This document shows positions 19,570-27,944 of a stretch of DNA of 64,000 nucleotides, one piece after another; position 1 is the first letter of the stretch; each line of letters begins with the position of its first letter. Location of the stretch: NCBI GenBank assembly GCA_963727455.1, contig CAVSGG010000005.1, positions 96,001-160,000 on the forward strand, in the 5' to 3' direction. The position numbers were made by a program, and so were the translations under genes. The notes under the pieces are model-generated. The model was not told the DNA's origin. It saw only the letters and a program-made list of their open reading frames with translations, and ran no database searches. This stretch comes from Candidatus Krumholzibacteriota bacterium (GTDB lineage: Bacteria; Krumholzibacteriota; Krumholzibacteriia; JAJRXK01).

Positions 19570-19621
19570 TTTACAGCCAAACGATTGTTTCGTATTGTAG
19601 GCTCTACAAACAGGAGTTTGT
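19570..19621 (+). promoter_or_regulatory. dinB operon promoter with two putative LexA boxes
   Basis: TTTACA(19570)-N17-TATTGT(19593); CAAAC-GATT-GTTTC at 19578-19591; ACAAAC-AGGA-GTTTGT at 19606-19621. Confidence 0.7.
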
Positions 19622-19685
19622 GATACCTCGCGGCTCCGTTTGTGGCCCGAGGAACGCCCCAACTCGTTGTGGAAGAGGATCTTCC

Positions 19686-20966
19686 GTGAATTTCCCGGCT
19701 CAGAGCCCTTGGTTTGCACACGTCGATTTGGACGCCTTCTACGCCTCGGTGGAGGTTTTGGACTTTCCGCAGCTTCGAGGGCTTCCCGTGGCTGTGGGAG
19801 GCCCAGCTCAGGGCCGTGGGGTCATCGCGGCCGCCTCCTACGAAGCACGCCAATTCGGCGTGCGCAGTGCGATGCCCACGGCCCGCGCGCTCTCCCTCTG
19901 TCCGCAGCTCGTGCTGCGCGCGGGCCGCATGGGTCGCTACCAGGAGCTCAGCGAGCGGGTGTTTGGCATCGTGCGCGAGCTCAGCCCTCGCATCGAGATG
20001 GTCTCACTCGACGAGGCCTTCCTAGATCTGGCCGGCTGCGAGCGACTGCATGCACCCTGGAACGAGTTTGCGTTGCGCCTACGACGACGCGTCCATGCCG
20101 AAACGGGGCTGTGGATGTCCATAGGAATCGGGGAGACGCGACGGATCGCCAAGATCGGCAGCGCCCTGCGCAAGCCACGCGGAGTGGTGCTGGTTCCCCG
20201 TGGCGCCGGGCGTTCCTTTCTGGCGCCCCTGCCGGTCGAGTATCTCTGGGGCGTGGGAGCCAAACTCGGTGCGCGGCTCCACGAACATGGTTATGCCACC
20301 ATCGGTGATCTCGCCGCAAGTTCGCACGCGGTTTTACGTGCGCAGTTCGGCAAGATGGGCAGTAGCCTCCTGGAAATGGCCCAGGCGCGCGAGTTGGGAC
20401 ACATCGATCCCGCGCGCCGCGCCAAGAGCGTGAGCCACGAACTCACCTTCGCGCGCGATCTTCACGGTGAGGCCGAGCTTCTGCCGGTGCTCTTGAAGTT
20501 CAGCGAAAAGATCGCCTACCGTCTGCGCCGGTCCGGCTGCGTAGGACGCGTCGTGCAGCTCAAGATCCGCGACAACACTTTCCATACCCTCACGCGCCGC
20601 GTCACCCTGACTGCCCCCAGCTCTTCGGAAAATGAAATCTACAAAACGGCCCAAGTTCTCCTGCGTCAGCTGAGCTGGGGTCAACGCCCCGTGCGCCTCA
20701 TTGGATTGGGAATGCACGAGATCAGCCACGAGAGGGTGTCACAGGGAGAATTGTTCGCTCAAGGAAACGATCAGCTCGACTCGAAGCTCGCGAAGACCCT
20801 CGACCGCCTGCATACCCGCTACGGCGGTGATGCCATCGGCCGCGCGCGCACCTTGCTGCGTCACACCGATAATTCCGCTTCCTGGGAAGCCGTCGCCTGG
20901 GAAAAGTCTCCAAGCCAAGTTCTCCCGTCCCGTGACGAACGAGGAGCAGACCATGATGGAAAGTAG
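19686..20966 (+). CDS. dinB: DNA polymerase IV (Y family)
   Basis: HVDLDAFYASVE, ASYEARQFGVRSAMP, SLDEAFLD catalytic motifs, LWGVG, and a QGELF clamp-like motif. Confidence 0.93.
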   Translation: MNFPAQSPWFAHVDLDAFYASVEVLDFPQLRGLPVAVGGPAQGRGVIAAASYEARQFGVRSAMPTARALSLCPQLVLRAGRMGRYQELSERVFGIVRELSPRIEMVSLDEAFLDLAGCERLHAPWNEFALRLRRRVHAETGLWMSIGIGETRRIAKIGSALRKPRGVVLVPRGAGRSFLAPLPVEYLWGVGAKLGARLHEHGYATIGDLAASSHAVLRAQFGKMGSSLLEMAQARELGHIDPARRAKSVSHELTFARDLHGEAELLPVLLKFSEKIAYRLRRSGCVGRVVQLKIRDNTFHTLTRRVTLTAPSSSENEIYKTAQVLLRQLSWGQRPVRLIGLGMHEISHERVSQGELFAQGNDQLDSKLAKTLDRLHTRYGGDAIGRARTLLRHTDNSASWEAVAWEKSPSQVLPSRDERGADHDGK

Positions 20967-22332
20967 CCCCACGCTGCCCACTCTCTTGCGTCTCGACCGC
21001 GCCTGGCTCGAACTCCATGGACGAGAGGAGGCTGCGCACAAGATGCGAGAGAGCTCATGCCAGGGAATTCTCCTCGAGTGGGGTGATACCCCCAGCGGCC
21101 TCTTTTCTTTGCTGGAGATGGCGACGAGAGTTCCCTGCACGCTCTTGCCCGGGAGATGGATGCCAGCGCGGCCCGAGGCCAACGGCGGTTTCGGTGATAC
21201 GGCCAAGATTCTCTGGCTGGCGCGCAGCGACGCGGCTCTGCAGGGTTTGCTCAGCGGAGTGAAACTCAGCGAGGACGAGCTCGACGGTGTGGCGCGCGCT
21301 CACGAACCACTCGCTCTCCTGGGAGTTCCCGGCGACGTGCTTCGCCCGGCCACGTCCTTTCACGACGAGGGGATTCGTCAGCGCGCGCAGAAGTGGATCG
21401 GGAGCCTGGGAGCCGATCGCGTGGCTCTGGCCATCCTCCGGCGCGAGGGCGATCCCCTGGAGGGATTGGCCCGGGAGTGGGGACTGCCGGCACTGCGCCT
21501 GACGAACGTCGACGAGGAGGAGTCCGCGGACTCGCCGAAGTCTGCCGCACTGGCTCCCATTCTGTGCACCGACTTTCAACTCGATCGCGAGTACCGATTG
21601 CCCGACGATGCCTACGTTCCCACGCTGCGGGACCTACTGCATCGCGGGAGCCTTCTGCGGGAGCGCTGCCTCTACGAGAGTCTGCCCGAAAATTGGCGAC
21701 AAAGCGCGAACGCGGAGCTTGAACTCCTCAACGAATGGATGCTCGGACCCTTGATGCGGCGGGCCGGAGCGTTGATCCAGACCTTGCTGCCGGTGGCAGG
21801 GGTGACGGTGGAGGCGCCCTTGGCCCAGGTGGGAGGGATCTGTGCCTGGCTGCTCGGACTGAGCGAACGCCGACCCGCGCGAGAAGGCCGCCTCCCCGAT
21901 CCCGAGGTGACGGCCACCGCACTGGCCCGCTCGCTGGCGGAATGGGAGCGGCGGCTGACCGCGCAAGTGAACACCGAGGCCTGGCCGCGGCTTCAGGGCC
22001 GGCTTCTTCCGTGGCTCGAGGGCGGGCTTTTGGCCGCGTGCCCGGAAACACCGCAGGGCGGAAGGCGCTTCTGCTTCAGTGGACGTGCACTTTGGTCGCG
22101 TCTTCCGCTCCTGCGCGATCACGACGGAATTCCGCGGGTACGGCTTTTCGAAGCGGACCGCCGTGCCTTAGGATGGTTCGAGCTGGAGCTGCGTGCGGCC
22201 GTAAGTAGCAAATCCCCGCGGGTGTCCACGGGGAACTCCGGCCGGACCGCAACGGTTCGCGAACTGGCACCGCCCTGCTTCGGTGCGTCGGAGCAACTAG
22301 AGCTCGGCCTGAGACTCGAACACTCGGGCTGA
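20953..22332 (+). CDS. Highly degenerate, truncated DnaE/DnaE2-like protein (PHP- and palm-like segments, catalytic Asp motifs absent)
   Basis: Colinear motif remnants judged by eye: ILWLARSDAALQGL, GADRVALAI, LAREWGLPALRLTNV, ELELLNE, GGICAWLLGLS, LPLLRDHDG..LGWFELEL. GAGGAG RBS; overlaps the dinB end. Confidence 0.6.
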   Translation: MMESSPTLPTLLRLDRAWLELHGREEAAHKMRESSCQGILLEWGDTPSGLFSLLEMATRVPCTLLPGRWMPARPEANGGFGDTAKILWLARSDAALQGLLSGVKLSEDELDGVARAHEPLALLGVPGDVLRPATSFHDEGIRQRAQKWIGSLGADRVALAILRREGDPLEGLAREWGLPALRLTNVDEEESADSPKSAALAPILCTDFQLDREYRLPDDAYVPTLRDLLHRGSLLRERCLYESLPENWRQSANAELELLNEWMLGPLMRRAGALIQTLLPVAGVTVEAPLAQVGGICAWLLGLSERRPAREGRLPDPEVTATALARSLAEWERRLTAQVNTEAWPRLQGRLLPWLEGGLLAACPETPQGGRRFCFSGRALWSRLPLLRDHDGIPRVRLFEADRRALGWFELELRAAVSSKSPRVSTGNSGRTATVRELAPPCFGASEQLELGLRLEHSG

Positions 22333-22360
22333 AGGGAAATCTCATCTGGAGGGGAAACGA

Positions 22361-23023
22361 GTGAGAAAACCAACTCGAGAATTGACGTCGCGCCAAGGAG
22401 AGGTTCTCGAGGCGCTCTGCCAGTGGATGAAAGACCACGGCTACCCTCCGAGTATCCGTGAGTTGGGAGAGGCGGTCGGTCTCTTGAGCACGCGCAGCGT
22501 GCACGACCATCTTCGCCAGCTGGAACGGAAGGGGTTTATCCGCCGTCGCCGTGATCACTCGCGTGCGATCGAGATCCTGAAGATGCCGAAGGGAACCCGA
22601 AAGCCGCGTCGCGCTCCGGTTGTCCGGGAAGGGCGACACGTGAGAGTTCCGATCATTGGGGAGGTGGCGGCGGGTAGCCCCATCCTCGCCGAGGAGCGGA
22701 TCGACGGCGAACTCGAGTGCGATGTCTCGATGGTACCCGACCCCAACTGTTATCTTCTGCGGGTGCGGGGAGAGTCGATGATCGGCGCACACGTGTGCGA
22801 CGGCGACCTCATTCTGGTGCGGCCCCAGCAGGAGGCCCGCAACGGCGAGATCGTGGTGGTGCTCATCGAGGACTCGGTGACTTTGAAGCGTTTTTACCGC
22901 CGCGAGGGCTACGTCGAGCTGAAGCCCGAAAACGGCCAGATGGCGTCCATCCTCCTCACGCCGGAGATGGGGCACGCGCGTATTTTGGGGAAGCTCATGG
23001 GAGTGATCCGGCGCTATTACTGA
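22361..23023 (+). CDS. lexA: SOS repressor LexA
   Basis: GYPPSIRELG HTH, IIGEVAAGSP (Ala-Gly cleavage site), GESM catalytic Ser, TLKRF catalytic Lys. Confidence 0.95.
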   Translation: MRKPTRELTSRQGEVLEALCQWMKDHGYPPSIRELGEAVGLLSTRSVHDHLRQLERKGFIRRRRDHSRAIEILKMPKGTRKPRRAPVVREGRHVRVPIIGEVAAGSPILAEERIDGELECDVSMVPDPNCYLLRVRGESMIGAHVCDGDLILVRPQQEARNGEIVVVLIEDSVTLKRFYRREGYVELKPENGQMASILLTPEMGHARILGKLMGVIRRYY

Positions 23024-23137
23024 ATGCGCGGGTCTTCCAGCAGAAGAACGGTCCCGCCGGGCGCGACTTCGGGAGCGGAAGCCAGTCCTTGCGCTCAATG
23101 GACCTTCTGTCTAGCCTAGGGGCCCATTGCCTTGGGC

Positions 23138-23214
23138 GGCCCCATCGTCTAGTCAGGTCAGGACACCACCCTTTCAAGGTGGGTACACGGGTTCGAATCC
23201 CGTTGGGGCTGCCA
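23138..23214 (+). tRNA. tRNA-Glu(UUC)
   Basis: CCACC-CT-TTC-AA-GGTGG anticodon arm, GGTTCGAATCC T arm, CCA end. Confidence 0.95.
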
Positions 23215-23246
23215 ACCTACCCTCTGCTGCACACGCGGACTCGCCC

Positions 23247-23870
23247 TCAGAACACCCAGTTGACGATGGGGAGGATCGGCAGCTTCTCCTTGCTCTTGAT
23301 GACGTTCACCAGCCCGATCTGCAGCCCGTGCATGTTGTTGGTCATGTTCACCAGTCCGAACTGCAGCCCATTCATGTCCTCGGTCATGTTCACGAACCCC
23401 AGCATGAGGCCTTTGCTGTGGCCATTTTGCACCAAGTTCGCCGCACCCCACTGCCAGCCCTGGAAATCTGCATCGGCGAGGTTGATGAAGCCCCACTGGA
23501 TTCCCTCCATGCCGGCGGCCTGGTTGTAAAAGCCCCACTGCATCCCCTGCACGTCTCCCTTGGTGTAGTTGACGAAGCTCCACTGGAGTCCAGCGGCGGT
23601 GCCGTCCACCACATTCGCGATCCCCAAGGCCACTCCGGTGAAGGGGCCGGTGGTCAACAGCCCCAGACCGAAGTCGATGCCCTGAACCTCGGAATTGCGG
23701 CCCACGATGGCCAGGCGCACCCCGTGGATGGCAGTCTGCTCGGAGAAGAGCTGGACCGAGGGGACCAGGGAGAGCTGGATGGGACGGGCCTCCTCTGCCT
23801 TCGCCGGACCGGGCAGGAGCAGTCCGGCAAGCAGCGTAAGAGCCAGCGCAAAGCGAGCGGCACGTTTCAT
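23247..23870 (-). CDS. LA_2272-like surface beta-repeat protein
   Basis: Signal peptide from ATG 23870, repeated GLQxGxVN units, C-terminal LPIVNWVF. Confidence 0.8.
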   Translation of the reverse strand: MKRAARFALALTLLAGLLLPGPAKAEEARPIQLSLVPSVQLFSEQTAIHGVRLAIVGRNSEVQGIDFGLGLLTTGPFTGVALGIANVVDGTAAGLQWSFVNYTKGDVQGMQWGFYNQAAGMEGIQWGFINLADADFQGWQWGAANLVQNGHSKGLMLGFVNMTEDMNGLQFGLVNMTNNMHGLQIGLVNVIKSKEKLPILPIVNWVF

Positions 23871-24029
23871 GGGATGATCCTCCAAAGGAATGGTGTTGGT
23901 CGATGCGACCGGGGAACTCCGGCAGGCTAGCACGCAGTGCTTTGTCCGCATAGGGCAATGAGTGGGCGACGCGGCAGCCGTATTCCATTCGTTGACAGCA
24001 AGCATTGCCACTGGCAGGATCGGTCCATC

Positions 24030-24656
24030 ATGATCGACCTGAGAACTTACGCATTTCTTGACGTACTCCAGCCACAGCTCGCGGCCGCAGTGGGCACCAC
24101 CTGCCGTGGCTTTCAGCCCGTTCCCGGGGTAGCTTCTCTCTGGGTGGAGATCGCGCCGGCGATCCGTATCCACGAGGTTCTCGACGCGGCGCTCAAGAGT
24201 ACCGCGGTTCGCCCCGCCACCATCGCTACCGAGCGCGCCTTCGGGCTGTGCGAGGTGAATCACTTCGATCAGGGAGAGGTTCGCGAAGCTGGCGCGAGCA
24301 TCCTGCGAGCCCTGGGGAAGTCGGAAAGCGACCGCGCGAAGCCCCGGCTCGTCTCCTCCACCGTGATTCGTGGGGTGGAGCCCTACCACACCCAGCTCAT
24401 CAACCGCACGCGCTTCGGCGCCATGATCGTGCCCGGGGAATCGCTGCTCATTCTGGAGACGGAACCGGCCGCGTACTGCATGCTCGCAGCCAACGAAGCC
24501 GAGAAGGCGGCTCCGGTGCGATTGGTCGACTCCAATCCCATCGGCGCCTTCGGCCGCCTCTACATGTGCGGGGGAGAGGCCGAGATCGACGCGGCACGAG
24601 CGGCGGCGGAAAAGGCCCTGAAGAGTCTCAACGGTCGCGACCTCCAGCACTCCTAG
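24030..24656 (+). CDS. Bacterial microcompartment tandem-domain shell protein (BMC-T, CcmP/CsoS1D-like)
   Basis: [57 protein letters not shown]. Confidence 0.88.
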   Translation: MIDLRTYAFLDVLQPQLAAAVGTTCRGFQPVPGVASLWVEIAPAIRIHEVLDAALKSTAVRPATIATERAFGLCEVNHFDQGEVREAGASILRALGKSESDRAKPRLVSSTVIRGVEPYHTQLINRTRFGAMIVPGESLLILETEPAAYCMLAANEAEKAAPVRLVDSNPIGAFGRLYMCGGEAEIDAARAAAEKALKSLNGRDLQHS

Positions 24657-24671
24657 ACCCGTCGAGCAATC

Positions 24672-25934
24672 CTAGACGCTGATGGCGGGCTCCTCCGCGT
24701 AAATCTGTACGAGATTCAAGAGAGTTGCCGTCGCCAGCGCCATGGCGCGGTCGCTCACCCACTCTTTTGGCCCGTGGAAGTTCATGCCCCCCGCGAAGAG
24801 ATTCGGAGTGGGCAGTCCCATCGCGGTGAGCTGCGATCCGTCCGTTCCACCACGGACCGCCACCGTGCGCGGAGTCAGTCCGGTGGCCTCGATGGCCTGG
24901 CGCAAGGTTTCCGCAATCTTGGGATGCTTGGCCAGATCGTCGTGCATGTTGCGGTATTGCTCACTGATCGCGACTTCGACCCGCAGTTTCGGTTCCTCAG
25001 CCATCAGGCCCTCGGCCATCGCCCGCAGCCGCTGTCCCCTGAGCTTCAATTGCTCGGTGTCGAAGTCTCTGAGGATGAGTTCAAGGCTGCACTCGGCGGC
25101 ATCTCCTTTGGCCGCGGTGGGGTGGTAGAATCCCTCCTTCTCGTGGGTGCACTCCGGACTCTCGGCCCAAGGCAGGCGATCGAGGAATTTTCCCAGCCAG
25201 GTCAGCGCATTCACCATCTTGCCTCGCGCGGTTCCCGGATGCACGGAAACCCCGGTAAACTTCAGCATGGCCTTGTCCGCGGAGAAGGTCTCCACGTTCA
25301 TCTCGCCGGGGAAGCCGCCGTCGACGGTGAAACAGAGATCGGCGGCGAAGCGCTCGAGGGGGAAGCGGTGCGGACCGCGTCCGATCTCTTCGTCGGGATT
25401 GAAGCAGATTTTAAGGGTGGGATGCGCGATCGACGGATCCCGCTTCAGAATTTCCAGCATGCTCATGATCGCCGCGATACCCGACTTGTCGTCGGCGCCC
25501 AAGAGGGTGGTACCATCGGAAGTGATGATCGTGTCGCCCAGGCATTCCAGCAGTTCGGGGTTCTCGACGGAATCGACCACCACGCCATTCTTCAAGCTGA
25601 TCGCGGTCCCGTCGTAGTCCTCGTGCATCTGCGGTTTCACCTGAGTTCCCGAAAAGGCGGGGGCGGTATCGAGATGCGCGCACAGGCCCAGGACCATGTC
25701 GCCGCTTCCCTCGAGGGTTGCCAGTACGTAACCGTTTTCGTCCAGCTCGACTTCGCTCAGACCGAGCTGGGTGAGTTCCTCCGCCAAGAGCCGCGCCAGA
25801 TCGAGCTGCTTCGCAGTGGAGGGACAGCTATCGCTCTCCTCGGAAGACTGGGTGTCGATCTGAACATACCTTAGAAAACGGTCGACTAATCCTGTTGTCT
25901 GCAAGATCTCGGCTGGATCACGATGTGCGCGCAT
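24672..25934 (-). CDS. pepT: Peptidase T (M20B)
   Basis: RFLRYVQIDTQS, AHLDT, TLLGADDKSG, PDEEIGRG, RGGTDG, NFHG. Confidence 0.93.
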   Translation of the reverse strand: MRAHRDPAEILQTTGLVDRFLRYVQIDTQSSEESDSCPSTAKQLDLARLLAEELTQLGLSEVELDENGYVLATLEGSGDMVLGLCAHLDTAPAFSGTQVKPQMHEDYDGTAISLKNGVVVDSVENPELLECLGDTIITSDGTTLLGADDKSGIAAIMSMLEILKRDPSIAHPTLKICFNPDEEIGRGPHRFPLERFAADLCFTVDGGFPGEMNVETFSADKAMLKFTGVSVHPGTARGKMVNALTWLGKFLDRLPWAESPECTHEKEGFYHPTAAKGDAAECSLELILRDFDTEQLKLRGQRLRAMAEGLMAEEPKLRVEVAISEQYRNMHDDLAKHPKIAETLRQAIEATGLTPRTVAVRGGTDGSQLTAMGLPTPNLFAGGMNFHGPKEWVSDRAMALATATLLNLVQIYAEEPAISV

Positions 25935-26000
25935 GGTGGAAACTCCTGGAAGAAGGGAACGAGAGAGGCCCGTCACGCTCCGCGTGACGGGCCCTTTGAG

Positions 26001-27767
26001 CTAGGCCGAGGCTCGCTCGGTCGGTCGATGTCGAATGACGATCTTGTCGTACAAGAAGAGGATTAGCGCGGTGGCGACTCCGATGATGCCGAAGATGAGC
26101 CACATGGTTCCCGGTTTGTCGATGCCGCCCCGGTCAGCCGGCCCGAAGTGGCCGTAGAGTTGGCCGGAGAGGATACCCGCGAAGAGATTGCCAAGCGCTA
26201 CGCTCACGAAGTAATAGCCCATGTACATTGCCGTCTTGCTCTTGGGTGCAATGAGCGCCACGTACTCCTGGCTCTTCGGACTGGCCATCATCTCGCCGAT
26301 TGCGAAGACGAAAATCGCCATGACCACGACCCAACCCATTCCCCCGTAGATGTTCATTGCCATTCCCACGCCGGTGAGAATCGTGCCGACGATCATGGTG
26401 GTGAAGGGCTTACGCTTGGCGAAGATCGCGGAAATCAACACCTGGAAGATGATGATTGCCCCCGCGTCGATGTTGATGAGGAACTCAGGATTGATGTTGT
26501 GGACTACATTCACGCCCTCGGCGCGAGTCATATTGTCCAGGAAACCCTGCCAACTCCCGCTCAGCCCCAGAGTGTGGAACATTCCCTGCAGGGTCCGGAG
26601 GATGTCGTTGGTGTTCGTGTAGTCGCGGATGTATTCGGGAAGCGTGATGAAGAGCTGATTGAATTCGGTCCAGAAGCCCGATAGCACCAGCAGGTAGAGG
26701 GCGAAGCGCCAGTCGCCGACCTTCGCACTCTGCCAGAGCCCCTCGGCATCGCTTCGCTTCTTCAAGAACATGTCAACGATGAGATTGCCCACGATCAAAA
26801 CTGCGATGAGGATGCCCATATCCCCCCACGAGATCCACTCGCCGCCCGCCAACATGAGCAAAAAGATTGTCCCCACCGTGCTCACGAAAAACGCGCCGTT
26901 GCCGAGTACTTCGACCACGTCCTCGCCCGACTTGCGTAGAAGCAAGCGAACTTCGTTGGGCACTACCGCGACCAAAATCCGGATGGCCACGCTCAGAATC
27001 ACGAGTCCGGCCAGGGCATAGAGAGTAGGCGTCCAGCCCAGCACGAATCCGGCGACGATGAATGTCGGTCCGCCTCGAAGCAGGGCTGCGAGAATTTGAG
27101 GAGGGCCGCCTGTTGTGGGAGCCTGAACTACCCCTGCCAGCTTGGCCTTGGCCTCCTCGAGTTCCTTGGTCAATGCTGCCTTCCGAGCGGCGGGCTCCTT
27201 GTAGAAGGCCAGCCAGATGAAATTGCAGGCGATCCAGATCGAGCTCATGCGGAAGACCCAGGGCCATCCGAGGTCGTTACGGACGATCCCCGCCACGATG
27301 GGTCCGAGGAATCCGCCGACGTTCACCATCATGTAGAAGATCCCGAAGCCCAGCGACTTGTACTTGTCGTCGATGACGTGGCTCACGGTGCCGACGACCA
27401 CCGGCTTGAAGGTGGCGGCACCGACCGCGACCAAGAGGAAGCAGAAGAAGAAGCCCCAGAATCCATCGGGCTGGCCCAAAAGGAAATAGGCCGGCGTCAT
27501 GATGGCGTAGGCGGTGAAGAAGGTGCGCTTGTAGCCGAACTTGTCGGCCAGGGCACCGGTCACCACCGGGAAGAGGTAGAGCAGGAAGGGGATGATCCCC
27601 TGAATGATGCCTCGCTTTTCGCTGGAGAGTCCTAGACCGCCGGTTTCCACCGAGCCGGTGAGGTACAGGGTGGAGACGGCATAAAAGCCGTACCACGCCA
27701 TACGCTCGAAGATCTCCATGGTGTTCGCGAGCCAGAAGGCGCTCGGGAATTTCTGAAAGAATGGCAT
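26001..27767 (-). CDS. MFS/POT-like peptide transporter
   Basis: EIFERMAWYG (ExxERF-like), GFGIFYMMVNVG, GEMMASP, many transmembrane helices. Confidence 0.85.
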   Translation of the reverse strand: MPFFQKFPSAFWLANTMEIFERMAWYGFYAVSTLYLTGSVETGGLGLSSEKRGIIQGIIPFLLYLFPVVTGALADKFGYKRTFFTAYAIMTPAYFLLGQPDGFWGFFFCFLLVAVGAATFKPVVVGTVSHVIDDKYKSLGFGIFYMMVNVGGFLGPIVAGIVRNDLGWPWVFRMSSIWIACNFIWLAFYKEPAARKAALTKELEEAKAKLAGVVQAPTTGGPPQILAALLRGGPTFIVAGFVLGWTPTLYALAGLVILSVAIRILVAVVPNEVRLLLRKSGEDVVEVLGNGAFFVSTVGTIFLLMLAGGEWISWGDMGILIAVLIVGNLIVDMFLKKRSDAEGLWQSAKVGDWRFALYLLVLSGFWTEFNQLFITLPEYIRDYTNTNDILRTLQGMFHTLGLSGSWQGFLDNMTRAEGVNVVHNINPEFLINIDAGAIIIFQVLISAIFAKRKPFTTMIVGTILTGVGMAMNIYGGMGWVVVMAIFVFAIGEMMASPKSQEYVALIAPKSKTAMYMGYYFVSVALGNLFAGILSGQLYGHFGPADRGGIDKPGTMWLIFGIIGVATALILFLYDKIVIRHRPTERASA

Positions 27768-27944
27768 GAACGAAACGCCTCCAAGGCTGAAATCTCTAGG
27801 CGGGGCCCCGTGGACATTGGAGAAAAGACGGCCAAAGGTCAAGAAGGAGCAGAAACTCAGTCTCAGATGGAATGAGGGAGCCGGCGGGGGGCCGTCGACT
27901 CGGGCGCGCGATCGAATCGTAGCTGGACTGCTTGGATGGCGCTC

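Noticed and set aside
20953-22332. Functional DnaE2 or ImuA/ImuB
   Set aside because: Less than half the length of DnaE2, lacks PDxDxD, and shows no RecA-like or Y-family motifs.
23871-24650. N-terminal extension of the 467-aa minus ORF 23247-24650
   Set aside because: Antisense to the BMC-T gene; the real start with RBS and signal peptide is at 23870.
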